64,000 bases of DNA from Bacillota bacterium (lineage in GTDB: Bacteria; Bacillota; Sulfobacillia; Sulfobacillales; Sulfobacillaceae). The first letter of the stretch is position 1, and each line of letters opens with the position of its first letter. Where the stretch lies: the NCBI GenBank assembly GCA_026627065.1, contig JAPNUO010000010.1, positions 14,179 to 78,178 on the forward strand. The letters run 5' to 3'. A program made the translations under genes and the position numbers. Under the pieces are notes generated by a model. The model was not told where the DNA came from. It saw only the letters and a list, made by a program, of their open reading frames with translations, and did no database searches. This document shows, piece by piece, positions 19,867-28,420 of the stretch.

Positions 19867-20446
19867 CGTCGTAGAGGGCGGTCCGGCACGGCCCGAGCCG
19901 GAAGCCACCTCCCGCTTGCGGCCGCTTTTTGGTGCGCCAGCCCTTGAATTGTGGTCACACCTTACTCGCTCTGCGCGTTACCGCCAACTTCCCTCGCCAC
20001 AAAAGCGCAGTACCTTGCACGGATCGTCTCACACCTTAACCCACCGCGGTTATCAGGCGTGAGCTCGGCGGCCTGTTAGGCCACGGAGCACAAAAGGCCA
20101 GTCGGACTGCCCTCAATCACCTGCTCCAAAGCCACTCGGAGCAATAGCCTGCTCATCTCATGCGACACCCGTCTCCCTCGGAATCGCATCGCTTCTGGCA
20201 GGTGTTGGCATAACATCGATACCTTTTCTCGCAGAGGTCGGCCCCCCCATCGCTCAAGTGACTCGTGAGGTTCCTAAGGCTTCGAAAGTTCTTCTGCTCA
20301 CATGCCTACAAAATGCCCAAAGAGTCGCCTCGGTCTGGTCTCGTCAAGCGGTGCATGGAAACGCCGTTGCATGTCATACAAAAGGATTGACTGCCTCTTC
20401 GCCATCCGCGAAGATTAAGGAAAATATTTCCATAGGAGGTAATACC

Positions 20447-21223
20447 GTGCACACCCTGCGTGTCTCGTCGCTGGTCCTAGCTGCCGGGCTCATAGGCAGC
20501 AGTGTCATGGCCATGCCCGTGCAGGCAGCGCGTACGCCCCCCATCCTTAGCGAACTGCAACTGTCGCTTCTCATGCAACACCCCCAGACCTATGTAGGGG
20601 ATTTGATCAATCTGACGGGCCAAGTATTGTACACCAACAATGGCGTCACGCTGGCGACCGTGAATCCGCCTGCCGTCTCTGAGTTGGTCGCGCTGATCGG
20701 CCTTCCCCACTGGAAAGTGGGCACCTACTTTGCCTTCACCGGCCCGCTCCAGCGCGTGCTCGCTGCCTCGCCGAAGCTGCATATTCCGCGACCGATCCCT
20801 GTCATCATCGCCCAGTGGTGGCGCACGATTCCGGCAAGTCTCGCACTCGATCCAATCTTGGCTACTGCGCCAGCGGTCGCTCCCCAGCGCGAATACGGGC
20901 TCACCATACGCGTCTCGCGGGTACAGTACGCGCTTCATCAAACGCGTATTTGGCTCAGTGCAGACAATCAATCGGATCAGACAATAGAAATCTACGACAA
21001 CCTTGCCACGCTTGCGCAAGGGACGCACCAGTTTACACTGTCGCCAGAAAGTACCTTCTTTCCTTCCGAAGTGGCGCCCGGTGTCATTGTGCACGATGAA
21101 CTCATTTTCGGTCCGGCAGAAATGAACGGCGTTCCACTCCGCTTGCGCTTTTCGGCCTTTGGCAGCAACCTCGAGGAAAACTGGCACGCCGTCCAGTTTA
21201 TAGTGCCCACCCCGAAGATGTAA
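20447..21223 (+). CDS. secreted hypothetical protein (beta-sandwich, DUF4352-like C-terminus?)
   Basis: The GTG at 20447 lies 7 nt after GGAGG. Signal peptide VHTLRVSSLVLAAGLIGSSVMAMPVQA. The track ORF starts at 20258, but that extension lacks an SD. Confidence 0.6.
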   Translation: MHTLRVSSLVLAAGLIGSSVMAMPVQAARTPPILSELQLSLLMQHPQTYVGDLINLTGQVLYTNNGVTLATVNPPAVSELVALIGLPHWKVGTYFAFTGPLQRVLAASPKLHIPRPIPVIIAQWWRTIPASLALDPILATAPAVAPQREYGLTIRVSRVQYALHQTRIWLSADNQSDQTIEIYDNLATLAQGTHQFTLSPESTFFPSEVAPGVIVHDELIFGPAEMNGVPLRLRFSAFGSNLEENWHAVQFIVPTPKM

Positions 21224-21663
21224 TCTGCAACGCCATCACGATTCTCTTCGAATTCTTGCACGGCCAAAAAGACAGCACTGCTGCCCAGCCAGCTGCTCCG
21301 GCGTCCCACCCGCACCGCGCGTCACCGACGTTTGAATCGGTGGCACCTAAAGGTCAGACAGGGTCCAGGGTGACGGCTGGGCTATCTCCCTACTTGCCGC
21401 GCGTGCCGAAATCTCCACAATATCGCCATATTTGACGTTCTCCCTAGCGCTAAAGCGCGGGGATTCTTTCGCGCCGCTCTTCGCTTCGCGCCTTTGGTGG
21501 CTGTGATGGCGGTTGACCGCCCTCGCTTTTGCTGTCGCCAGTGAGTCGTGCGTCGAGCGGCTCCCGCAAATCTCCTTGAAGGTGCCGACCGATAAATTTC
21601 GCTCCTCAAGAAATACCGCGTATGGTACTATAAAAAGGATAGTGAAAGAAGGAGGGGCCAATC

Positions 21664-22836
21664 ATGACCGGGTCTATCGCCGCTACGCGCCCCACGCGTT
21701 CCAAGGTTCATGTGATTGGATGGCTGACGTGGACGCATTTCTTGAATGACGGCATTGCAAACTATTTGCCGGGAATCCTTCCGTTTATTTTATCGGAACG
21801 TCATGTGCCGGTCGCCCTGGCGGGAACCTTTATGACCGCCCTGGGCCTCGGGCAAGGATTGCAGCCATTGTCCGGATGGATTGCCGACCGGCTCGGCGGA
21901 CGACTCTTGGTGTTAGGCGGCGTGGCGCTCAGCACCTTGGGCGCGGCGCTGGTGGGGTGGGCTCACCCGGTCTGGCTCATTTTAATGCTGCTTCTCTTTA
22001 CCGGGATCGGCAATACCGCGTTTCATCCCCAGGCGCTGTCCCTCACGCGGAGTCATTTGGGCGGAAAACCGGGGCTCGGCATGTCCATTTTTCTGGTGGG
22101 TGGCGAAATTGGCCGAAGTCTGGGCCCTCTCGCGGCGGGTATCGTCGTGCATTCGCTCGGCCTCGACTGGATCTGGCTGTTGGCGGTGCCCTTGCTGCTG
22201 ACATATCCTTGGGTGCTGAAGGCGGTTCCGCCCCTGGCGCCGCGCATTCAGCAGCGCGCCGCCATCAACTTTCGGCGGCACGCCAAGCCGGCGCTCGCGC
22301 TTTTGGTGTATGCGCTGGTGCGTTCCGGGACCACGTACGAAATGACCACCCTCTCCCCGATTATTTGGCATGAACGGGGGGGCTCGCTGGTGACTGGTGC
22401 GGCGCTGGTCACCGTGCTCATCGGGGTGGGCATCGCCGGCAATCTGGTCGGCGGAATTTTAAACGACCGCGTGGGAAAGTCTTTCGTGCTGTACGGGACG
22501 AGTCTTTTGGCCGCCGCCAGTTTGGCCGGATTTGTGCTGTTGCACGGCGCGTGGATTTGGCCCGTCCTCGGGGTCATGGGCATTGCCTTGTTTGGCTCGT
22601 CCTCAACCACCATGCTAATTGGTCAGGACATCTTTGAAGAAAACCCCGCGCTGGGGTCGGGGATTGCGCTTGGCCTGGCCAATGGGTTAGGCGCCATCAT
22701 GGTCATCCCGATCACGTACATCGCCGCGCGATCGAGCGATGCCACCGCCGTCTGGATTTTGGTAGCCCTCACCTTGGTCAGCATGCCTACCGTGCTTGGC
22801 ATGCCCATTCATCAAAAACGGAGTCACCCCGCCTAG
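21664..22836 (+). CDS. MFS transporter
   Basis: 390 aa, about 12 TM helices, SD GAAGGAGGGG upstream. Confidence 0.85.
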   Translation: MTGSIAATRPTRSKVHVIGWLTWTHFLNDGIANYLPGILPFILSERHVPVALAGTFMTALGLGQGLQPLSGWIADRLGGRLLVLGGVALSTLGAALVGWAHPVWLILMLLLFTGIGNTAFHPQALSLTRSHLGGKPGLGMSIFLVGGEIGRSLGPLAAGIVVHSLGLDWIWLLAVPLLLTYPWVLKAVPPLAPRIQQRAAINFRRHAKPALALLVYALVRSGTTYEMTTLSPIIWHERGGSLVTGAALVTVLIGVGIAGNLVGGILNDRVGKSFVLYGTSLLAAASLAGFVLLHGAWIWPVLGVMGIALFGSSSTTMLIGQDIFEENPALGSGIALGLANGLGAIMVIPITYIAARSSDATAVWILVALTLVSMPTVLGMPIHQKRSHPA

Positions 22837-22941
22837 CGAATCCGATCAGTTGCAAGAGGGCAAACGAGCCTCCTCGCTTTTCATCGTCGCGCAGCTTCGT
22901 GACCGGCACCGAATCCGTGGAGCCCGCGGCCACCTGAGGCG

Positions 22942-23235
22942 TTACTCCTCGGGGCTTCTGCTCGGGCCAAGCAAATCCAAGAGATCACGAATGGCACGTC
23001 CCTGCTGGGCGGGATGGCGCATGGGCCGTTCGGGGTGAATCTCGTAATGATTTTGGCGGCCGTCCCGGTGGCGGGTAATGTAGCCGGCCTCCTCCAGATC
23101 ATCCAAAATGCGCTGGACGGCCCGCTCGGTAATGCCCACAACGCCCGCGATCTCACGCGCGGTCATGCGGCCCCCGTTCCGCTGAAGGCAAAGGAGCACC
23201 TGGGCATGATTGGTAAGAAAGGTCCAGCGAGACAT
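22942..23235 (-). CDS. small winged-helix transcriptional regulator (ArsR/MarR-like)
   Basis: 97 aa: FLTNHAQVLLCLQRNGGRMTAREIAGVVGITERAVQRILDDLEEAGYITRHRDGR. It starts 12 nt after the dabA-like stop on the same strand. Confidence 0.75.
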   Translation of the reverse strand: MSRWTFLTNHAQVLLCLQRNGGRMTAREIAGVVGITERAVQRILDDLEEAGYITRHRDGRQNHYEIHPERPMRHPAQQGRAIRDLLDLLGPSRSPEE

Positions 23236-23247
23236 CCCCCATCCCCC

Positions 23248-26073
23248 TTAGGCGTCTCTCGGTGGCTCCTTTCCATCATACCGGATCTTGTGCCCCGGCG
23301 CCGATGCCTCCCCTCTTCCTTCCCCCATTCGGCGCCAGCGACCTTGCTCCGGATCGTACACCGTCATGTGAATCCAGGCATTTTTCACCCAGTCGCGAAC
23401 GCTTGGCTGACGGTCCAAGGTTTCCGCAACCCGCTTCCACGGAGCCTCCACCACCACAAAGAGGCGCATTGGCTCGTGGACTAACCGGCCTTGGGCATCG
23501 CGCACCGACTGCCAGGGCAATCCGGTCTTTAAGTCGCTCTGTTTTCCACTCATAACCCCAAAATGTCCGACCACATTGGCCACCACTTTGCTGCCGCCGC
23601 CATAGTGCGCGTTGTCCACCGCGGAAAAGTAATAGGCCATGTTGATGTGGTGCGCGACCGCCAAAGGCCCCTGAAAAATTTCAGAAAGCCACTGCCCATG
23701 GGGGTCGCGACGGTAATCATAGGTGTACAAGAAGAGCCGATCGTCGCCCTTTAGGTGCCGTGTCCACACCCGCCGCCCTATCACCAGCGCCGCGTGGCCC
23801 GAGAGTCCCCACTCGGGCCGCGTCTCGGCCCAGGCTTGGCTGCGAAGCTCGACCTCGCGCAACCCATCGGCTCGAGGGCGATGCCGGCGAGTCCCTGTGG
23901 AGCATGCTCCCAAGTGTTCCCAGCGCTCACGGGCATGCTGCCGGCCGGCCATCTTGAGGTCTTCCCAAAGGCCCTGCACCAGGCGGCGGTGCGTCTCCGG
24001 AACTTGATCCACATCGTACAACGTCACCTCATCGGTCGTGGTGTTGTGCTCGCCGCCGAGGAACCAGGTCTCGTCGGGGATGGCAAAGCCGCGCTGCGAC
24101 AAGATTCTGCGAATAGCGGACTGGTTGCAGAGGGTCGCCAGCATGCGCGCGTTGAGTCCGCTGGAATGGCCGCCGGCGGCGCCGCACTGGAGTGTGCTGG
24201 CCCAGGGATTGTTGGTGGTGTGGCTTCCGTGCCCCATCCACACCACGAGGGGGCCCAGCGCTTCAACGTCTCCGAGACTTTTCAGCGCGGACGCGACCAG
24301 ATCGGCTGCCCGCTCAAACGACAGGTCGACGAGCATGGTATCGTCGCCTGGAGACTGGTGCCGCCGCTGGTCAAAACCTTTGAGCAGGCGGGGCGCCCAT
24401 GTGCGCAGAATGGCGTACCCGCCCCAGAGCCAGCCGGCGCTCTCGACCAGCACCAGGGAAGACAACCAGCTTCCCTTTAAGTGATGATACATCGAAACCA
24501 GGGCCGAACCCCCGCATTGACCAGAAGCGTTTTTCATTCGCCACACGGTGACGTTCGGGCAAGCCACAGGCGGCCCCTGGTACGTCTCCCGCCCGCGACT
24601 CTCGTCCCGCACGGTCATCGCGAGGCCAAAAAACCCGGCCATGCCGATGGTTCGATACCGTCCCAGGTCTTCCAGATGACGCCTGAGCCCCTCGGAGCGG
24701 GGGTCCATGCAAAAGATCAGCGAAATAGGCCGTGCGGCCGACGGCGCGGACGGGTCGGGGGCCTCTTCCCACTGCCGAAGCAGAGCGTTTTGCCAATGTC
24801 GTTCCAAAGCTTCTTGCCAAAGCGCTTGGCGCTGGTTCGTCGAGAATCGCGTCGCCCACGAAATCCATTCCCTCAGTTCTAAGGGATTCACTTTTTGAAC
24901 TTCTTCGACGGAAAGCGTGAGCACATCGGCCAGGTGATACAGCGTCGTGAGTTCGCGTTCCCGCAGCGCGGCCTGACGCGACGCATAAAGGCGGCGCGCG
25001 TGGAGCTCCCAGTCGCCACCGCGAGGTCGTCCAAAGCGCCTGAGCCCTTTTCCGACGGTGACGCTGCGGACGTAAAACTCGGCCAAATGACCTTCCCAAT
25101 ATTCTCGCAGGCAATCAAAGCGGCCGGGCACCCCAAAGGCGCGCCGGGCCGCGCGCGACGTCAACGCGACCTCATAAGCCAGGCGAACCGCAAGATATTC
25201 CCCTAAAGTCATGCGCGGCAACGCGGATGACCCGCCGAACCGGCGCACCTCCCCCCAGCGAATCCATCCCGCCCAGCCGCGCAGCTGGCCGAGATGGGAT
25301 GCGAGGTATTGGGGCCACAGATGCTCGGGAACCCCCAAAAGCGTCAAAAGCTCCGCCAGGGCAGCCAACGGATCGAAAGGCAATAAAGCCACTAAGGGTC
25401 CGAGCGTTCTCGACGAGCGATGAAGGCGACACCAGGCCACATAAAATCCTTGGTCGCGGTAAGGCATGGCCGAGGCCACCTCATGTTGGGCAAAAAAGGC
25501 CGACAACCACGGCACCAGCGCCTGATTGAGCGCCCCCGCCAAATCGCGGCCAATCAGACGTCCCACCCATTGAGCCATGGTCTCCCCTGGTTCACCTAAG
25601 GCGTGAAGCCACCCTACGGCTTCTTGGCGCCAGGCGCCGGCGTCTCCCGCTCCCGAGCGAGGCAACAAGTGCGCATCCAAAGCCCGCCGCCACGACTCCG
25701 GCAACGGGCGCTCATCCCCCACCAGCACGCGTCGAATAATTTCCTGGGGAGAACCATAACGCCTGAGGCTCAACGGCGGATCCGGGGGTCTGAGGTGCCG
25801 AATGGCCTCCTCGAGGTCGCCATCGGTAATCCGCCCAGCTCGGTACCATCGCCGATATTCCGATGCCGGAAGATATCCCTCGCCGCCAAGCAGCAGCTGC
25901 CCCATTTTTACGGCCTCCCCAAAAGGGGTGTCGGTAAACCCGCTCAGGGGATTCATGGCGGCATACGCATCAACCGGCCCAAGGGGCGCCACCACGCGGC
26001 GCGCGGCCTCGAGCGCGGCTCGCGCCGACTCTCTGAGACTCTGGGATTGAATGGTTGCGTGAAGATTTTCCAT
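23248..26073 (-). CDS. dabA: DUF2309-family protein, DabA-like (putative catalytic subunit of a DAB inorganic-carbon pump)
   Basis: 941 aa, no TM segments. Blocks: MNPLSGFTDTPF, IFCMDPRSEG, GHGSHTTNNPWASTLQCGAAGG, HEPMRLFVVVEAP...NAWIHM. Confidence 0.88.
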   Translation of the reverse strand: MENLHATIQSQSLRESARAALEAARRVVAPLGPVDAYAAMNPLSGFTDTPFGEAVKMGQLLLGGEGYLPASEYRRWYRAGRITDGDLEEAIRHLRPPDPPLSLRRYGSPQEIIRRVLVGDERPLPESWRRALDAHLLPRSGAGDAGAWRQEAVGWLHALGEPGETMAQWVGRLIGRDLAGALNQALVPWLSAFFAQHEVASAMPYRDQGFYVAWCRLHRSSRTLGPLVALLPFDPLAALAELLTLLGVPEHLWPQYLASHLGQLRGWAGWIRWGEVRRFGGSSALPRMTLGEYLAVRLAYEVALTSRAARRAFGVPGRFDCLREYWEGHLAEFYVRSVTVGKGLRRFGRPRGGDWELHARRLYASRQAALRERELTTLYHLADVLTLSVEEVQKVNPLELREWISWATRFSTNQRQALWQEALERHWQNALLRQWEEAPDPSAPSAARPISLIFCMDPRSEGLRRHLEDLGRYRTIGMAGFFGLAMTVRDESRGRETYQGPPVACPNVTVWRMKNASGQCGGSALVSMYHHLKGSWLSSLVLVESAGWLWGGYAILRTWAPRLLKGFDQRRHQSPGDDTMLVDLSFERAADLVASALKSLGDVEALGPLVVWMGHGSHTTNNPWASTLQCGAAGGHSSGLNARMLATLCNQSAIRRILSQRGFAIPDETWFLGGEHNTTTDEVTLYDVDQVPETHRRLVQGLWEDLKMAGRQHARERWEHLGACSTGTRRHRPRADGLREVELRSQAWAETRPEWGLSGHAALVIGRRVWTRHLKGDDRLFLYTYDYRRDPHGQWLSEIFQGPLAVAHHINMAYYFSAVDNAHYGGGSKVVANVVGHFGVMSGKQSDLKTGLPWQSVRDAQGRLVHEPMRLFVVVEAPWKRVAETLDRQPSVRDWVKNAWIHMTVYDPEQGRWRRMGEGRGEASAPGHKIRYDGKEPPRDA

Positions 26074-26123
26074 GGCTGCCCCTTGACATATGAAATATAT
26101 ATCGTGAATACTAAGTCGCTAGA

Positions 26124-26152
26124 ATTATACCGAGTGCCTCCCCATTGCACAA
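26124..26152 (-). promoter_or_regulatory. candidate promoter for dabA
   Basis: Minus strand reads TTGTGC (complement of 26147-26152), 17 nt, then TATAAT (complement of 26124-26129). A plus-strand TTGACA at 26083-26088 may be the -35 of the divergent dabB promoter. Confidence 0.45.
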
Positions 26153-26179
26153 GCAAAACATCGCGATGTCAGGAAAGGA

Positions 26180-27757
26180 TTGTCCAACGTGCCTATCTTC
26201 CCTGGGAACCCTTCTCTGCTGGCCGGCGCCATCCCTTGCGCTGCCGTTTTGGGGGGACTCACAATGCGCATTCTCGGTCGGAGATTTCCGCGTGTCAGCG
26301 CCCAATTGACGTTGCTTTTTCTCGGCATGGCCTGGCTTCTCGCCGCCGCCCTCTTGATCGGGGGGGAAACGACAGCACACGGCCCAGAGATGGCCACGTC
26401 CCTCATCGCCTGCAACCGCGTGACTCTTCTAGTCACGGTCTATGTCCTGTCCCTGAGCAACCTGGTGCACCGCTTCGCCTGGCGCTACCTGGAGGGCGAG
26501 TCGGACCCGCACCGCTTCCTCGCCCATGTCTCTTTTGCCACGGCAGCTGTGGTGCTCTTTGTCCTGAGCGGCAACCTCGCACTGTTGTGGGGAGGATGGG
26601 CCCTCGGAGACTGGGCGCTCCTTCATCTCCTCGCGCACCCTTCCCCGCAGTTTTGGCGGGCCGCCCCATCGCGGCGCGCGACCCGGCTCATGATCCTGGG
26701 AAATTTGGCGCTGGGCGGGGCGGTAGCGGCCGCGTTTTTGACCGACCATACCTTCTCCATCGCCGCACTGGTCGCGCGCACGACGGCCTCTGGGTTTTTC
26801 TTCCCCCTCCTTGCGTTCTTGCTGGTGCTCGCGCTGATGGTGCGATCGGTGCAGTTTCCCCTGCATTTTTGGCTGGTTGACACGCTGGACGCGCCGACGC
26901 CGGTTTCGGCGCTGATGCATGCGGGGTTGGTCAACAGCGGAGGCTTGCTGGTGGTAAAGCTGGCGCCGCTCTGGAACCGCATCCCGGGAGCCTTCCCCGT
27001 CCTCTTTGCCATCGGCCTCGTGACGGCGCTCTTCGGGCACCAGGCGATGGCTGTCGCTCCGGCCATCAAACAGCGGCTAGTCTTTTCCACCGTGAGCCAA
27101 ATGGGATACATGGTCATGGAAGCCGGCTTAGGTTTATTCCCTTTGGTGATCTGGCACTTGATGGCCCACGGGTTTTACAAGGCTACGAGCTTTCTTCACT
27201 CCGGAGAGCTCACCTCTCCCCTGCCGGCCCACCGCCACCCAGGGGCTGGAGCCTGGCCCATCGGAATCCCCGCGCTTCTCCTGGCCATTCTCATCCTGGT
27301 GCACAAGGCGCACCAGGCGGGACAATCGCCTGCGCTTTGGCCCTTTCTCTTGGCCTTTGCTGTCGAAGCGCTGGTGGCCATTCGCCTGAGCCACAGTCTC
27401 CCGCGCCGCAAAGGGCTTCTCGTCGCATCCCTGGGCGTGTGGTCGGCGGGTTATTTTCTCGCGACCCGCGAATTTTCCCGCGTCCTGGCCGGCGTGCTGC
27501 CGCCGGCGCCTTCCGGCCTGGTCGGCTGCGATCCGCTGATGCTGGAAGTCGTTTTGGGGCTGCTCCTTGTGGGCCGGCTTTTCTCTGCCGACGCGCGCAC
27601 TCCCCGCCTTTTCTCGGCATCGGCCCAGCGCTGGCGCGATGCGCTGTACCGCTGGCTGTTGCACGCCGGATTCGGCGGCTTCCCGAACCCCTCCGCACTG
27701 ATGCCCCGCAATCAGCCCCTAGCGTCCAATACACTCCGATCCTTGCAGCGAGAATAG
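26180..27757 (+). CDS. dabB: NuoL/NuoM/MrpA-like proton-conducting membrane subunit, DabB-like
   Basis: 525 aa, polytopic. PF00361-type core FPLHFWLVDTLDAPTPVSALMHAGLVNSGGLLV and STVSQMGYMVME. TTG start behind AGGAAAGGA, with an alternative GTG at 26189. Confidence 0.85.
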   Translation: MSNVPIFPGNPSLLAGAIPCAAVLGGLTMRILGRRFPRVSAQLTLLFLGMAWLLAAALLIGGETTAHGPEMATSLIACNRVTLLVTVYVLSLSNLVHRFAWRYLEGESDPHRFLAHVSFATAAVVLFVLSGNLALLWGGWALGDWALLHLLAHPSPQFWRAAPSRRATRLMILGNLALGGAVAAAFLTDHTFSIAALVARTTASGFFFPLLAFLLVLALMVRSVQFPLHFWLVDTLDAPTPVSALMHAGLVNSGGLLVVKLAPLWNRIPGAFPVLFAIGLVTALFGHQAMAVAPAIKQRLVFSTVSQMGYMVMEAGLGLFPLVIWHLMAHGFYKATSFLHSGELTSPLPAHRHPGAGAWPIGIPALLLAILILVHKAHQAGQSPALWPFLLAFAVEALVAIRLSHSLPRRKGLLVASLGVWSAGYFLATREFSRVLAGVLPPAPSGLVGCDPLMLEVVLGLLLVGRLFSADARTPRLFSASAQRWRDALYRWLLHAGFGGFPNPSALMPRNQPLASNTLRSLQRE

Positions 27758-27849
27758 GAGGGGCCATAGTCGAACGGTTTCGCATCTGGCATACTAAGGG
27801 CAAACGACCAGGCTCTGCCATTTTTTGAGAAAAGGGGCGGCAGTCTTTG

Positions 27850-28293
27850 ATGACCAAAGAAGAGCGTTTAGCCCGCATCAAGGCCATCGTCAGCCAATAT
27901 GAAATCGAAACCCAGGAGGAACTGCAAAATCGTCTGGAAGACGAGGGAATTAGCGTCACTCAGGCGACGATTTCTCGCGACATCAAGGAACTTCAATTGA
28001 CGAAGGTCATTGGGTCGCATGGACGATACAAATATGCCTTGCCCATGACTCCCCCCATTCACAGCTGGGAAGCGGTGCGGCACCGCGTCCTGGAAGTCTT
28101 TGTCTCGGTCGCCCGGGCGCAAAATCTTGTGGTGCTTAAAGTTCTGCCTGGGCACGCCCATTCCATCGCCTGGCTCTTTGACAATCTGCAGGTGCCGGGC
28201 CTTTTAGGCACTATCGCCGGCGATGACACCATCCTCTTTATCTTGAGCGACAACCAAGCCGCGCAAGACCTGGAAAACCAAATTGGATCTTAA
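27850..28293 (+). CDS. argR: arginine repressor
   Basis: 147 aa. wHTH QEELQNRLEDEGISVTQATISRDIKEL and C-terminal oligomerisation/arginine-binding block GTIAGDDTILFI. Confidence 0.9.
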   Translation: MTKEERLARIKAIVSQYEIETQEELQNRLEDEGISVTQATISRDIKELQLTKVIGSHGRYKYALPMTPPIHSWEAVRHRVLEVFVSVARAQNLVVLKVLPGHAHSIAWLFDNLQVPGLLGTIAGDDTILFILSDNQAAQDLENQIGS

Positions 28294-28361
28294 CGAGAAG
28301 CCTCGCTCACTTTGGGTGACGGGCAAAAGGTTCAGAGTGCTCCAAAACCAACATCAACCTA

Positions 28362-28390
28362 TTGCATAGTTATTCATCGTGTTGTATAGT
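28362..28390 (+). promoter_or_regulatory. argF promoter (TTGCAT-17-TATAGT) overlapped by an ARG box
   Basis: TTGCATAGTTATTCAT (28362-28377) fits the ARG-box pattern TNTGAATWWWWATTCANW at 14 of 16 positions. The -35 TTGCAT and the -10 TATAGT (28385-28390) are spaced 17 nt apart. Confidence 0.5.
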
Positions 28391-28420
28391 CTTCGCATAT
28401 CGCGTGAGGAGGCAACCACG

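Noticed and set aside
21347-21661. 104-aa minus-strand ORF upstream of the MFS gene
   Set aside because: Its only possible start is a TTG overlapping the MFS SD/ATG region. It has no internal start, no SD and no recognisable family. The region is treated as a leader instead.
23755-25114. Several 150-250-aa ORFs inside dabA (23755-24480 +, 24371-25114 -, 24038-24484 +)
   Set aside because: They are shadow frames of the 941-aa DUF2309 gene, with no independent signals.
25603-26880. 425-aa plus-strand ORF spanning the dabA start and the dabB 5' half
   Set aside because: It is antisense to dabA and out of frame with dabB, and it is rich in Arg, Pro and Gly. Both overlapped genes have strong family signatures.
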